Shown here: positions 11,097-20,873 of the stretch, piece by piece
Layout: each line of letters starts with the position of its first letter
Position numbering within the stretch: the stretch's first letter is position 1
From: Cyanophyceae cyanobacterium
GTDB lineage: Bacteria > Cyanobacteriota > Cyanobacteriia > Cyanobacteriales > Laspinemataceae
Length of the DNA stretch: 64,000 nt
Direction of reading: 5' to 3'
NCBI GenBank assembly: GCA_038321985.1
Contig: JBBQFN010000008.1
Location: 32,001 to 96,000 of the forward strand
Position numbers and translations under genes: made by a program
Notes under the pieces: generated by a model
Seen by the model: the letters and a program-made list of their open reading frames with translations, nothing else
The model's database searches: none
What the model was told of the DNA's origin: nothing

Positions 11097-11561
11097 TTAT
11101 TTAAATAAAGTTAATTCTACCTGCCAGTTTTTCTGCTCAAACTGCTTGCGAGAATAAGAAAATTCTTCCCCTCCTTCTAACTTAATAATATAATTTTGAA
11201 GTTCGGGTATATTTTCTACAGTCAGGGGAAATTTACAGCTCATCGTGGAAAATCCGGCTTGTAAAGGTTGTGGGGTCCCTCCCTCTAAAATCCCCGTGGC
11301 GATTGTTTGGCGATCGGTATTTTGAATTAAAACCTCCCTTCCCGGATGAAGATATCTTTTTTGGCTCTCAATGCAGGGATCTCCGGGTTCCGTAAAGAGT
11401 AGTTCTACATAACCCGTTAATTTTTCCCCCTGCAATTGGACCGATTCCCCTGGGTTCATCACGTTCTGGGGACCCGGGGTAGAAAGGGGCATAAATCCTA
11501 CTAAAAATCCCCCGACCCCAAAAACTGCGAGAGTTCGTAAAATAAAGTTAGCTGTCTTCAT
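11097..11561 (-). CDS. Hypothetical exported/membrane-anchored protein
   Basis: 154 aa with a signal-like N-terminus and two Cys. Confidence 0.7.
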   Translation of the reverse strand: MKTANFILRTLAVFGVGGFLVGFMPLSTPGPQNVMNPGESVQLQGEKLTGYVELLFTEPGDPCIESQKRYLHPGREVLIQNTDRQTIATGILEGGTPQPLQAGFSTMSCKFPLTVENIPELQNYIIKLEGGEEFSYSRKQFEQKNWQVELTLFK

Positions 11562-12366
11562 AGAGTTAGCATCGATCTCTTTTAGTTCAGGGTTTAAAAA
11601 CAGGACGTATTATTTTTATATCTTTGCCTACTGGAGTAATTTTTTAATCCTTCTTAAGGGTGATTTTTATAAAATTTGCTAAAATTTTTCAGACCCCGAA
11701 TATTTTTATCTTATTTCATGTATTTTATTTTAGCTTTTTATTTATTATCTAGGATTAATTATAATAACGGCTAATAAATACGTTACCTCTTAAGAAATAT
11801 ATTTTTTGCAAATTTTTACAATTCATTATATTTAGTTAAATTAAAATATTTTAATTTAACTAAATTTTTGGCTATAAACCGGATGGCTCTAGTCTATGAG
11901 GATACCCTGCCGGAGAATTAGATTAAATAGGGCTAGAACGACTCCCTTTTTTTTAAAGTCCCGCTTCCCCGTTCACTGGATGCTGAATACAAAATAATAT
12001 CTATCAAATAGGCGATTCTGGTGTTGAAAGAGCTTCGGGTTGTAGAACATTTTTCTCTATTCTACCCATAAAATTCATTTGTCATAGGGCAAAACTTGGA
12101 AAACTCCAGCGATCGCGATCGCACCCCAGTGGTGATAGGGATTAGGCATTAACGTGATGGGAGTCCCTGGCATTTTTGAATAAACTGGAGAAGATTCAAA
12201 TAGTAAAAACTGCCTAGATTAGCAATCCGACTATTCCTGTTGGGAAACTTAAACCTCTAGCTGATCAGTCAATAAGTTGAGAGCCATCCGGGTTGGCCCG
12301 ATAAGAGGCTGTACTGTCCATGCAAGTGCTGATTTAGCACCCGCTCCTAACAACAGAGGAAACCAG

Positions 12367-12744
12367 ATGAATGTATTAGATTATACCATACAGCATCTAA
12401 TTCGCATCACTTGGATAGAGCTTTCTGAAAAAGCCACAATCCAAAGCGATCTCTCTAAGGTTTCGACTCGTCGGCACCGGAATTTTTTCAAGCCCCTAGG
12501 TCCAGTCAAGCAGTGGCTCGATCGCCTAGAAGTTCGCGATCGCCAAATAGCTCATAGCTTGTGTAAACTCATTCCCGCCCAATGTCCGTTTGAACGGGAT
12601 ATCAAATTCTGTGGTCATATCTTATTTCACATTCCGCCCCTGTGTAAACTGAACCCATTCTATGACCAGTTTGTGGGGCTTCGCTTTCGGGCATTATGTT
12701 ATTTAGCTGATGAATGTGGTGAGGACGTCACCGTTTACTGCTAA
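12367..12744 (+). CDS. Mo-dependent nitrogenase C-terminal domain family protein
   Basis: LIPAQCPFERDI, HIPPLCKLNPFY and RFRALCYLADECGED motifs; ATG after AGAGGA chosen over the upstream TTG. Confidence 0.9.
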   Translation: MNVLDYTIQHLIRITWIELSEKATIQSDLSKVSTRRHRNFFKPLGPVKQWLDRLEVRDRQIAHSLCKLIPAQCPFERDIKFCGHILFHIPPLCKLNPFYDQFVGLRFRALCYLADECGEDVTVYC

Positions 12745-12789
12745 ACAAAACCAGCTTATTCGCCCTCACACACCTTGCTCCAACCCTTC

Positions 12790-15078
12790 TTACTTTCGCC
12801 GGAGTTGCGATCGCTTTTTCAGCGTTTCTAACCGTTGTTTGAGAAGCTGAAGATTGGGTTCACTGCCCCCGTAACGCCAACTCACATAAGCGTGAGAAAT
12901 TTCCTCGACTGCGGATACATCCGTCTGGGGCTGATGTTGGTGCAACTCTCGCGCATACTCAAAGGGAGTTTGAGCAGGATGCTTGCGATATCCCTGCTGT
13001 CCTAACGTATCCAGCATTTGCCGATACAGTCGCTCCACTGGGGGCATTTTTGCTAAGAACCGACGATAGCGCCATTGTCTAAAACCATTCCAAGCCAACC
13101 AGCCTAGAAAGGCTAAACCCGTCAGTAATATTGAACCGGCAAAGAGTCCCAACCAGCCTTGGGTAAAGAGCCGCAATACCCAAACAATGGTGCCAACCAG
13201 CAAACCTCCCAGGGTGGAGAAAACAACTTGCAGAAATCCCGTCACTGGCGAAGGCAGCCAACCTGCAACCCATCGCCACAACGATCGCAACACGCTAAAG
13301 GGCTGATATTCTTGAATCGATGGTGGAATCACTTCGTGACCCGGAATTGGATCGAAGGCAAACCAACCATACTGCGGAAAATACACCTCAGTCATGGCAT
13401 AAGCATCGGTATTGCGAACCACATACAGTCCCGTAAATGGATTAAACTCCCCGGGAGCAAAACCCACCACTAACCTTGCGGGAATACCAATTGAACGCAA
13501 CATAACGGTATAGACGGTGGAGAAGTGATCGGGATAGCCCCCCTGTTGCTCAAACAGAAACGTCTCTACCAAATCATCCTCTTCGTCTAGAAAGGGTAGA
13601 CCAAATGGATCGCTAGGAATGCTGTAGTTTTGCTTGAGATACTGGGCAAGGTGAAGGGCTTGTTCGTAGGGAGAGGTGAGGGGATTCGGTGCGGCTGCTA
13701 AAATTTCCTCTGTTCGTTGGCGCACGCGATCGCTGATTTCCGGGGGGACTTGCAGGTAATAATTGCTAATGGCCTTAGGATAGGTTGTAGGGGCTTGACT
13801 GAGCGCCGTGCGATCGCGGTAAGGTACTTCTGAAATTACCGTGTAAGTCAGGCCCTCAACTAAACCCAAGGGCGATCGCAGACTACCTTCTGTATCGAAA
13901 GTCACCTCTTCTGTCGGAAAGTAAAGCGATTTGGGCTCAGACAGGGCCGGAATAATATTCGGTAAATCCGACACTGCGGTATAACTTTGAACAATTTCTT
14001 CAGTTCTTCCCCGTCGGGTTCGATCAAAGGGAATATTAAATTGATAGGACCAACTAGGACGTTCCAGGGTTGTCGCCTCCTCATTGCGCCCAATTTCCCA
14101 GCCTTTCCCGGTATAGCGGTCAAACGCCAGAACGCGCCAAAATCCTTCTGTCTGCGATCGCACCCGCAAGACGACCTTGGGTTTCATTTCGCCCCGCAGG
14201 TTTTGGTTCATCCGGTTATTGAACCCGTAATAAAATGTATCGTCAATCTCTCCGGGTCCATCTCCCGCTTCCCCTCCAGTGCCTTCTCCTTCTCCGTTGC
14301 CATACCCCGGATTGACAATCCGACGACCATCCAAATCTCCCTGGATTTCTATCGGAGAACTCACGGGAAAGGTTTGTAATTGATATCCTGGAAACCTCGG
14401 CATCACTGCAAAAATAAGCAATCCGAATCCCAGAACGAGACTAAAGAGGAAACCGTAAAACCCGAGTTGGGAATAGTTGATTTTCTTTTTCTTCCGGGTT
14501 CCGGTTTGACGTTTCTCCGTTTTAAGTCCCAGGCGCGAGCGATAATCAAAGACCAACGTCGGCAGAGCGATCGCCAAAAAAATCAATAATAACGGCGCAA
14601 AGGCTAAAGTTTGGCTGACGGTTCCGGCAACCCCAAGCAGGATCAATCCAATCACCATCGAATAGCCCAAATCTGAGCGCCGGGGGAGGTCAAAACTATG
14701 CAGAATTTGAACTTGAATCAGCAGTTCAGCCAGAACCACACGAGTATCGTTGAGTTCCTGAACTAAGCGACCAAAAAAAGCACCGAGGGACAGCAGCATC
14801 CCAATGGCTAGTAAAAATTTAACGGCAATATTGCGATCACGGCGGCGATACCAACTCCAAGTGGCTCCCACAATGCTCAACGGGACTGCCCAAAGGCTCA
14901 TCGTAGTCCCTGCGGCCACATCCGTTGCGATAATTCCAATGACCACCAGCGCTTGCACCAGCGCCCGCAGCACAACCGAGTCCTCCGGAGTAGGAGGTTT
15001 GCTTGCCTCGATTTGCTGTCGAATCCTACGCCAGACGGGAATGAGGGACAGATGCCGAATCCCTGACGAGTTAGACAT
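12790..15078 (-). CDS. Transglutaminase-like (TgpA-type, DUF3488/DUF4129) membrane protein
   Basis: Multiple TM helices, LRSIGIPARLVVGF and WFAFDPIPG motifs, C-terminal AQTPFEYA. Confidence 0.88.
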   Translation of the reverse strand: MSNSSGIRHLSLIPVWRRIRQQIEASKPPTPEDSVVLRALVQALVVIGIIATDVAAGTTMSLWAVPLSIVGATWSWYRRRDRNIAVKFLLAIGMLLSLGAFFGRLVQELNDTRVVLAELLIQVQILHSFDLPRRSDLGYSMVIGLILLGVAGTVSQTLAFAPLLLIFLAIALPTLVFDYRSRLGLKTEKRQTGTRKKKKINYSQLGFYGFLFSLVLGFGLLIFAVMPRFPGYQLQTFPVSSPIEIQGDLDGRRIVNPGYGNGEGEGTGGEAGDGPGEIDDTFYYGFNNRMNQNLRGEMKPKVVLRVRSQTEGFWRVLAFDRYTGKGWEIGRNEEATTLERPSWSYQFNIPFDRTRRGRTEEIVQSYTAVSDLPNIIPALSEPKSLYFPTEEVTFDTEGSLRSPLGLVEGLTYTVISEVPYRDRTALSQAPTTYPKAISNYYLQVPPEISDRVRQRTEEILAAAPNPLTSPYEQALHLAQYLKQNYSIPSDPFGLPFLDEEDDLVETFLFEQQGGYPDHFSTVYTVMLRSIGIPARLVVGFAPGEFNPFTGLYVVRNTDAYAMTEVYFPQYGWFAFDPIPGHEVIPPSIQEYQPFSVLRSLWRWVAGWLPSPVTGFLQVVFSTLGGLLVGTIVWVLRLFTQGWLGLFAGSILLTGLAFLGWLAWNGFRQWRYRRFLAKMPPVERLYRQMLDTLGQQGYRKHPAQTPFEYARELHQHQPQTDVSAVEEISHAYVSWRYGGSEPNLQLLKQRLETLKKRSQLRRK

Positions 15079-15164
15079 AATGATGAAGGATAAAAGAGCA
15101 AAAGGGTGTCTTTCTTCCTTCCTAATTTACTCTATAGCAATCCTAAATGCCTCAGTTGCACCGT

Positions 15165-16301
15165 CTAGGAGAGACGAACGACAAACGTCAAGGCGTTATG
15201 GTACTCATTGTGGAAACGCACTTCTAATAAATAAGAGCAGTCGGGTTGTGGCTCAAACAGTTCAACGTGCAAACACCCGGCATTGGGACGAGAGGTCGTA
15301 GATTGAGCCTCACCGCCGCGAAGTTGCAAGGTTCCACCCGAAGGTAATTCCCCCCGCACTCGCAGACATCCCCGTGATTGAGTCTCGGAAGACCCTTCGC
15401 TCTTGAGGTTTCCTAAACATTCCAACCGAATGCTTAACATTCCGGCACTGGTGAGCCATTGCCGTTCGACCGGCCCTCCCGAGGCACTGACGCTTAAAGT
15501 CAGGGTTCCCATGATTTCTCGGGCGGCGAGCAAACAGAGGACCATTTGTTGATCCGCGCTTGCTCCTTCGTAGGTGGGGGGAAAATCAACTGCCCCATTT
15601 GTTAGAGGGTTCATTGCCTCTGCATTTGACCCTCGCGTTGGAGACATGGCAAGCGCCCATCCTGCTAACTGGTGCAGTTGAGGGCGGCGATCGGGAAACA
15701 ACCCTTCCACCGCACGGACTAATTTTGCTCCGTCTTGTAGGGAAGATTGGATCAGAACCCGGCACTCTTCTAAAAGTCGGGTTAGCACAGTTGCAGGCAG
15801 GGTGACGGGCAAACTCAACAAGGGCAACTGGGTCATCCAATCGAAAGTAGGAACTTTTTTCTCTTCCGGAAAATCTAAATAATCAGGTTCGTAATCCAAC
15901 AGTTCATTTTCCCAGGGGAATAGGGGGGGATGATGTTGAATTTCAGTTTCCAGTCGGCGTTTCACAAGTGCGTAAAAACGGTCTTGCACGGCAGGTATCT
16001 CTCCTGGTTTAAGTTGTTGCTTTCCTCCGAGACTCGACTGCTCATCGAGTTCTGCAAACCCTCTTAGGGATTTACCCTCATCACCGGGTAATTTTTCGAT
16101 GTCTTCACAATCGAGAGGGTCTAAGTCGTTCTCCGCTAAAAATGCGGCGAAGTCTGCTCCCGGAGGTGTTTCCGGACTGGTTAGATCTCCAGGGGGCATC
16201 GTTTTTTGTGGCGGGGATGTTTGGAACAGCCACGCTAAAATGTGCTCTTGGAGAACCTCTGAGTTAGCAAGGCTTTTAAAAACTTGCTCGTCCCTATCCA
16301 T
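15165..16301 (-). CDS. patU: PatU (appears to be a single unsplit PatU5+PatU3 form)
   Basis: EIPAVQDRFYALVKRRL...PPLFPWE signature; lies directly downstream of hetZ. Confidence 0.8.
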   Translation of the reverse strand: MDRDEQVFKSLANSEVLQEHILAWLFQTSPPQKTMPPGDLTSPETPPGADFAAFLAENDLDPLDCEDIEKLPGDEGKSLRGFAELDEQSSLGGKQQLKPGEIPAVQDRFYALVKRRLETEIQHHPPLFPWENELLDYEPDYLDFPEEKKVPTFDWMTQLPLLSLPVTLPATVLTRLLEECRVLIQSSLQDGAKLVRAVEGLFPDRRPQLHQLAGWALAMSPTRGSNAEAMNPLTNGAVDFPPTYEGASADQQMVLCLLAAREIMGTLTLSVSASGGPVERQWLTSAGMLSIRLECLGNLKSEGSSETQSRGCLRVRGELPSGGTLQLRGGEAQSTTSRPNAGCLHVELFEPQPDCSYLLEVRFHNEYHNALTFVVRLS

Positions 16302-16312
16302 GTCTTACCCCC

Positions 16313-17482
16313 CTATTCATCTGTAGATGCATTATTTCCGGAATCGCGCTCGTTACGAAGATGCCATGCTGCTTCTAGCAGCCTAAACCAGCGTTTTTGA
16401 ACTTGGTTGACGGTACAGTCTAAGAGTTTGGCAATGTCTGAATCTTTCTCTCCTTGTTGCTTTAATCGGAGTAATTCCCGTTGTGGGGCTTCTAGGTTAT
16501 CTTGGAATTGCTGCCACCGTTCCGGGGTCAATCCCAAGTTTCGGCCTAAATCGGCTTCTAACCACTCATGCACCAGTTCCCAGCGGTGAGAGAGGGCAAA
16601 TCGAATCAAATGATATTTAAAGCGCTGCTGTAAGTAATCCCGCTGTCGGGGAGTCACGCCTAAAATTTCTTCGATTTCATTGGTGGGTAAATCTTGCAAT
16701 CGCAAAATAAAATAGTCCGCACAGTCGTTTTGCCCTCTCTCTTGCAGGTAAGCCAGCACTTCTTTGATGACGGTTTCCCGCAAGGAATCATCCCCGGGTT
16801 CCGCATCGCGATCGACCATCGCATTTCGCACCTGTTGCACCGAGGAGTCATTCCAGGTTTGATCCGAGTCTAGGGAGGCCCCCTCAGCCGCCTGTTCCAT
16901 GTCTACGGTTGTTTCTGGCGGTTGCTGTTGGGAAAAGGTTTGTGCTCGCAAGATCAGCAGTTGTTGCGATCGCCCTCCCGATAGTGGAATCCGGCGTTTG
17001 GCATACCGTTCAGTAAATGCCATATATTCAGACAATTCTAACAAAGTGGTTGGGGAAAAAGTCCCTTCCAGTTGCGCTTCTCGTCGAAAGGCATTTAACG
17101 ATTCTACATAAAATCCTTGCAGGAAGTCTTCGATTAAGTTCAAGCGAGCTTGATAGCTAGACTGGATTTGAGGCGGCGTGATGTAGCGATAAACCATCGC
17201 ACTGAGGGTACTGTGTAATTCCACTCTCCCCCCTCGCGCCCCAAAATTATAATAAAAGAGACATTGCTGTAAGCGATGGCGAGATAAGGTAACTCTCCAT
17301 TTCTCTTCTTCTCCTGATGCTTTAATTCTTTTACTTTCTTGGCAAATCCGGTTAACTTCTGCGGCAATGCGATCGGCGACTTCCCGGCATTTGCTGTCAG
17401 AAGAACGGGTATTTTGCTGGAGTTCTGTAAATAGAAGTTGAAAAATATCTTCTTCCACGCGCCCCTCGATTTTTCCCATCAT
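16313..17482 (-). CDS. hetZ: HetZ family protein
   Basis: GRVELHSTLSAMVYRY, LIEDFLQGFY, YMAFTERYAKRRI and RQRDYLQQRFKYH motifs; synteny with sds, murI and amiC. Confidence 0.88.
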   Translation of the reverse strand: MMGKIEGRVEEDIFQLLFTELQQNTRSSDSKCREVADRIAAEVNRICQESKRIKASGEEEKWRVTLSRHRLQQCLFYYNFGARGGRVELHSTLSAMVYRYITPPQIQSSYQARLNLIEDFLQGFYVESLNAFRREAQLEGTFSPTTLLELSEYMAFTERYAKRRIPLSGGRSQQLLILRAQTFSQQQPPETTVDMEQAAEGASLDSDQTWNDSSVQQVRNAMVDRDAEPGDDSLRETVIKEVLAYLQERGQNDCADYFILRLQDLPTNEIEEILGVTPRQRDYLQQRFKYHLIRFALSHRWELVHEWLEADLGRNLGLTPERWQQFQDNLEAPQRELLRLKQQGEKDSDIAKLLDCTVNQVQKRWFRLLEAAWHLRNERDSGNNASTDE

Positions 17483-17541
17483 GGTTTGTAAATATCAACC
17501 CCCTAGTCCACCTAGGGATTACTACAGCTAAACTTAAATGG

Positions 17542-18063
17542 ATGATAGAAAGCTCGACCTATTTACCAATGAATTTAGATCGACAAGTTCAGCTTCTGAT
17601 TGACAATGCACCCCAAGATGGTCAAACTCCTGGTATCGTGGCGGCGATCGCGCCAGCGTTGAAGCAACTGGCTTTGCAATTGCGCCATTCCCAGTATTAT
17701 ATCCTGCAAACTCTCAATCAACGGTGGATGGTGACTGCCTTACGCAATCGCGCTCAACCGGATCTTGAGAAACAGGTAATTTATGCTTTTCCTTCAGTTA
17801 AAGACGCCAGCAATGGTACTTATGCTCCCCAGGATTCACAAGCAGTTGCTGTGCCGGTCCCGGTGATTCATATTTTATTTCAAATGGTGGCAATTGATAC
17901 CCTCGATAGTGTGGTTTTTTTTGAGAAATCAGGAGATATTTCTGCGGGTACGGAGGTTCGTCGTCAGGACCTGCAAAGCTTGATTCAGGCGCAGTTACAA
18001 CAACATTTACAACCCACTTCCAATCCGCTGAAATCTCGCCCTGTGCCACCGGATATTGCTTGA
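17542..18063 (+). CDS. Conserved cyanobacterial hypothetical protein divergent from hetZ
   Basis: 173-aa ORF with MNLDRQVQLLIDNAPQDG and a C-terminal PPDIA; protein-like composition. Confidence 0.8.
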   Translation: MIESSTYLPMNLDRQVQLLIDNAPQDGQTPGIVAAIAPALKQLALQLRHSQYYILQTLNQRWMVTALRNRAQPDLEKQVIYAFPSVKDASNGTYAPQDSQAVAVPVPVIHILFQMVAIDTLDSVVFFEKSGDISAGTEVRRQDLQSLIQAQLQQHLQPTSNPLKSRPVPPDIA

Positions 18064-18641
18064 CCCTTCCAGGGTGACTGCCTCGGACTTGTTCGAGGGA
18101 AGTCCCTGTTCATTTCCATTTACCCATCACGGAGCAACAATCCTATTCCAATTATGAAGAAATAGCTAGATGACAAAGGGTTAGCCGCGATCGCCAGGAT
18201 GGCGACGGCGATTCGACTTTTTCGCCTATCTCGGGTTTTCTATTCTTTTGAGCACTCTGTTAACCCGGCAACCGCTTTATAAAATCGGTTGTCGGGTGAA
18301 TATGTCCACCGAGTCGATGGAGCTATTTCACAAAAAGGCTCCGAGTGAATGGGGTCAAGGGCCTAAGTGCCTGACCTTTTCGGGCAAACCTCCTGATTCG
18401 GTCCCCGATTTCGGTGCAACTGCCGCAGCAGATGTCCCGAAATGGAGGAGGGAAATTTAGGACAATTGAGATCGCACTACTCAGGAAATGGGTTACTCTC
18501 GAACTCGGCAGTTGAAGACTCGGGTAAGGGATCAACTGCGATCGCCCCAGGACCCTTAACGCCCTCAACGGACCGTTAGTGGTTCATCCTCGGTGCGATT
18601 TCGATCCCGATAGATCCAGCCGAGCGGCTGAACGCTCATTG

Positions 18642-19613
18642 CTAATACAAGCGACTCAAGACGTAATCCGCCAAGTTTACCAAGGCTTGATGACATTCCC
18701 CCGGAGGCAGCCGATCTAAGTGTTTGACTGCATCCCGAGCGTGGAAAGCAGCTAATTCCCGAGCCCGAGGGATGCCCTTCGAGTCTTTAATCAAGGCGAT
18801 CGCTTCGGCTAAATCCTCCTCTTCGGCAAACTCGCGCTCGATTAACACCTCTAAATAGGGTTTTTCTTCCAACGCATATAACGTGGGTGCCGTCAGATTC
18901 CCGCTGCCGAGGTCTGAACCCGCATTTTTGCCCAAGACATCCGTTGAACCTGTGAAGTCTAAGATATCATCCACAATTTGAAACGCCAGACCAATCTGAC
19001 GTCCGTATTGATAGAAGTTTTCGGCTAAGTCTTCATCTACCTCACTTAATATACCAGCGGCTTTAGAACTGTTGGCAATTAAGGAGGCGGTTTTATAGTA
19101 GCTTTTTTCCAGGTAGGCTTCAATGGACAAGCTGTTGTCAAATCGATTCAGTCCTTGCTGAATCTCCCCCTCGGCTAGATTCATAATCACTTCCGAGAGC
19201 AATTTGACCACTTCTAAGTTATCTAAGTTGGCTAAATACCAGCTCGATTGAGCAAACAGAAAATCCCCCGCTAACACCGCTACGCGATTGCCAAATCGAC
19301 TATGAACAGTGGGTACTCCTCGGCGGAGTTCCGATTCGTCCACCACATCGTCGTGGACTAAACTAGCGGTGTGGATCATTTCCGTGATTTCTGCTAATCG
19401 TCGATGACGAGGAGTAATTTCTCCATCGGGAGCCAAGGCCCGCGAGAGCAACAGCACGATTGCTGGCCTCATCCGTTTTCCCTTGGCCCCAAAGAGGTAC
19501 TCCGCCGCAGCGAACAAAATCGGGTGACGGGCACCCACTAGCTTTTTCAGGTTCTCGGTTAACAACCGCAGGTCTGCTTCAACCGGGGAAAATAGGGAGG
19601 TGGTTGAGGTCAT
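18642..19613 (-). CDS. sds: Solanesyl diphosphate synthase
   Basis: HDDVVD and IVDDILD aspartate-rich motifs; GKRMRP. Confidence 0.95.
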   Translation of the reverse strand: MTSTTSLFSPVEADLRLLTENLKKLVGARHPILFAAAEYLFGAKGKRMRPAIVLLLSRALAPDGEITPRHRRLAEITEMIHTASLVHDDVVDESELRRGVPTVHSRFGNRVAVLAGDFLFAQSSWYLANLDNLEVVKLLSEVIMNLAEGEIQQGLNRFDNSLSIEAYLEKSYYKTASLIANSSKAAGILSEVDEDLAENFYQYGRQIGLAFQIVDDILDFTGSTDVLGKNAGSDLGSGNLTAPTLYALEEKPYLEVLIEREFAEEEDLAEAIALIKDSKGIPRARELAAFHARDAVKHLDRLPPGECHQALVNLADYVLSRLY

Positions 19614-19636
19614 GGATAGGCCGACTCAGACGTAAA

Positions 19637-19654
19637 GTTACGAAATTTTACATA
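19637..19654. promoter_or_regulatory. HLR1-like (RpaB) direct repeat upstream of sds
   Basis: GTTACGAA-at-TTTACATA versus consensus (G/T)TTACA(T/A)(T/A)-N2-repeat; one mismatch. Confidence 0.55.
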
Positions 19655-20470
19655 TATTCTAAGCGAAGCCTCTCCCAATCCAACACTTTTCTCGTAAAAA
19701 TATCCTGAAAAGCTCCTGGTGCTGCTGTCTTAGCCCCTTTTTTAAGAATTGTTAAATAAAGTTTCAAAAACCCTAGAAAACTTAACGGGCTTGTGTTAGG
19801 GTAGTAATTAAGAATTTAAAGATTCCATCCATAGGCGTAGCAACGCTCCCCAGGTGTGGTTTGTCTCCCTTTAACCGTCAAGTAACAGATTTTGAGCTAG
19901 GTGACTGAATCTAGCGATATCAGAAATTCTCCTAGGTCACTTGACGCTTGGGAGGTAGAGCGGGTAAATGGATGCGAAAAAAACCCAGAGTGGGTTACTC
20001 ACAGTAAACCCCAGGCGGGTGGCTTTCAGTCTGGATTTTCTTTGATGATCGCTTCTTGTGCTTAGTTCGCTCCCAAGCAGCTTTTTGCTGAGGGAAAGCA
20101 AGGAGTAGCCCAAACCCCGAAAAACCTAGAGTGAGTTTTTCTCAGTAACGGTAGGACCGATGGCGTTGGGTTTGGCATTAACCATTCCCATTCAACCTGT
20201 TTCGTTGGCTCCGTGAAGACCCAAGGAAGATAGAGAGCTTTTGGAAGTGATGTATTTCCAGCTTTGAAAGTTACAGTTTGTAACTGGAGGGGTTCGGAAG
20301 AGCCTCTATAGGTCCTCTAGATTGAAAAAGGGGTTTTCTGCGAGCGACTATATTTGTCCTGCAAGGGCCGTGCCAGTATTTTGAAGCCTAATGGTGCTTG
20401 AGAATGCTGACAGAATTCCTATAACTATTTTCGTTGACGACTCCCGCGCTTTCATTTTCACAGCCGTACT

Positions 20471-20590
20471 ATGACCTACACTGATATGCCTTTGATTATT
20501 CCGGTTCTGGCAACAGGTTATTTGTTAACCATTTATTTGCTCTTGAGTTTGGCAGGGCGACACGCTAAAGGGTCAAGTTCAAGACCTTAG
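20471..20590 (+). CDS. 39-aa single-TM small protein (below the ORF-track cutoff)
   Basis: Translated by hand: MTYTDMPLIIPVLATGYLLTIYLLLSLAGRHAKGSSSRP*. Confidence 0.6.
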   Translation: MTYTDMPLIIPVLATGYLLTIYLLLSLAGRHAKGSSSRP

Positions 20591-20873
20591 GGCGGTTCTC
20601 CTGTGGCATCAAATGCAGGAGAACTATCTCGATGCAGGGCGATCGCACTCCGTTGAGTGACGATCGTTTTCGATTCCAGTGCTTGTCTAGAAAACCCCTG
20701 ACCCCTCAATAAAATAGCTGGCCCTAGAGCGATCGCCTCACCGAGGCTTAAGAACTTAAAAGCCCATAGACTAAACCAGAATACATTAATAAAAACAGCC
20801 TTTCCCCCAGCCCCATTTCGATTGGGAGAAAGGCCCACTTTCCCCTTTGAGGAAATTGGAAGAGCGCTTTTGA

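Noticed and set aside
12367..12744. Evidence for a nitrogen-fixation cluster
   Set aside because: This domain family is widespread in non-diazotrophic cyanobacteria and no nif genes are present here.
20471..20590. The sORF as a PatS/PatX-type inhibitor
   Set aside because: It has no RGSGR/RGTGR pentapeptide.
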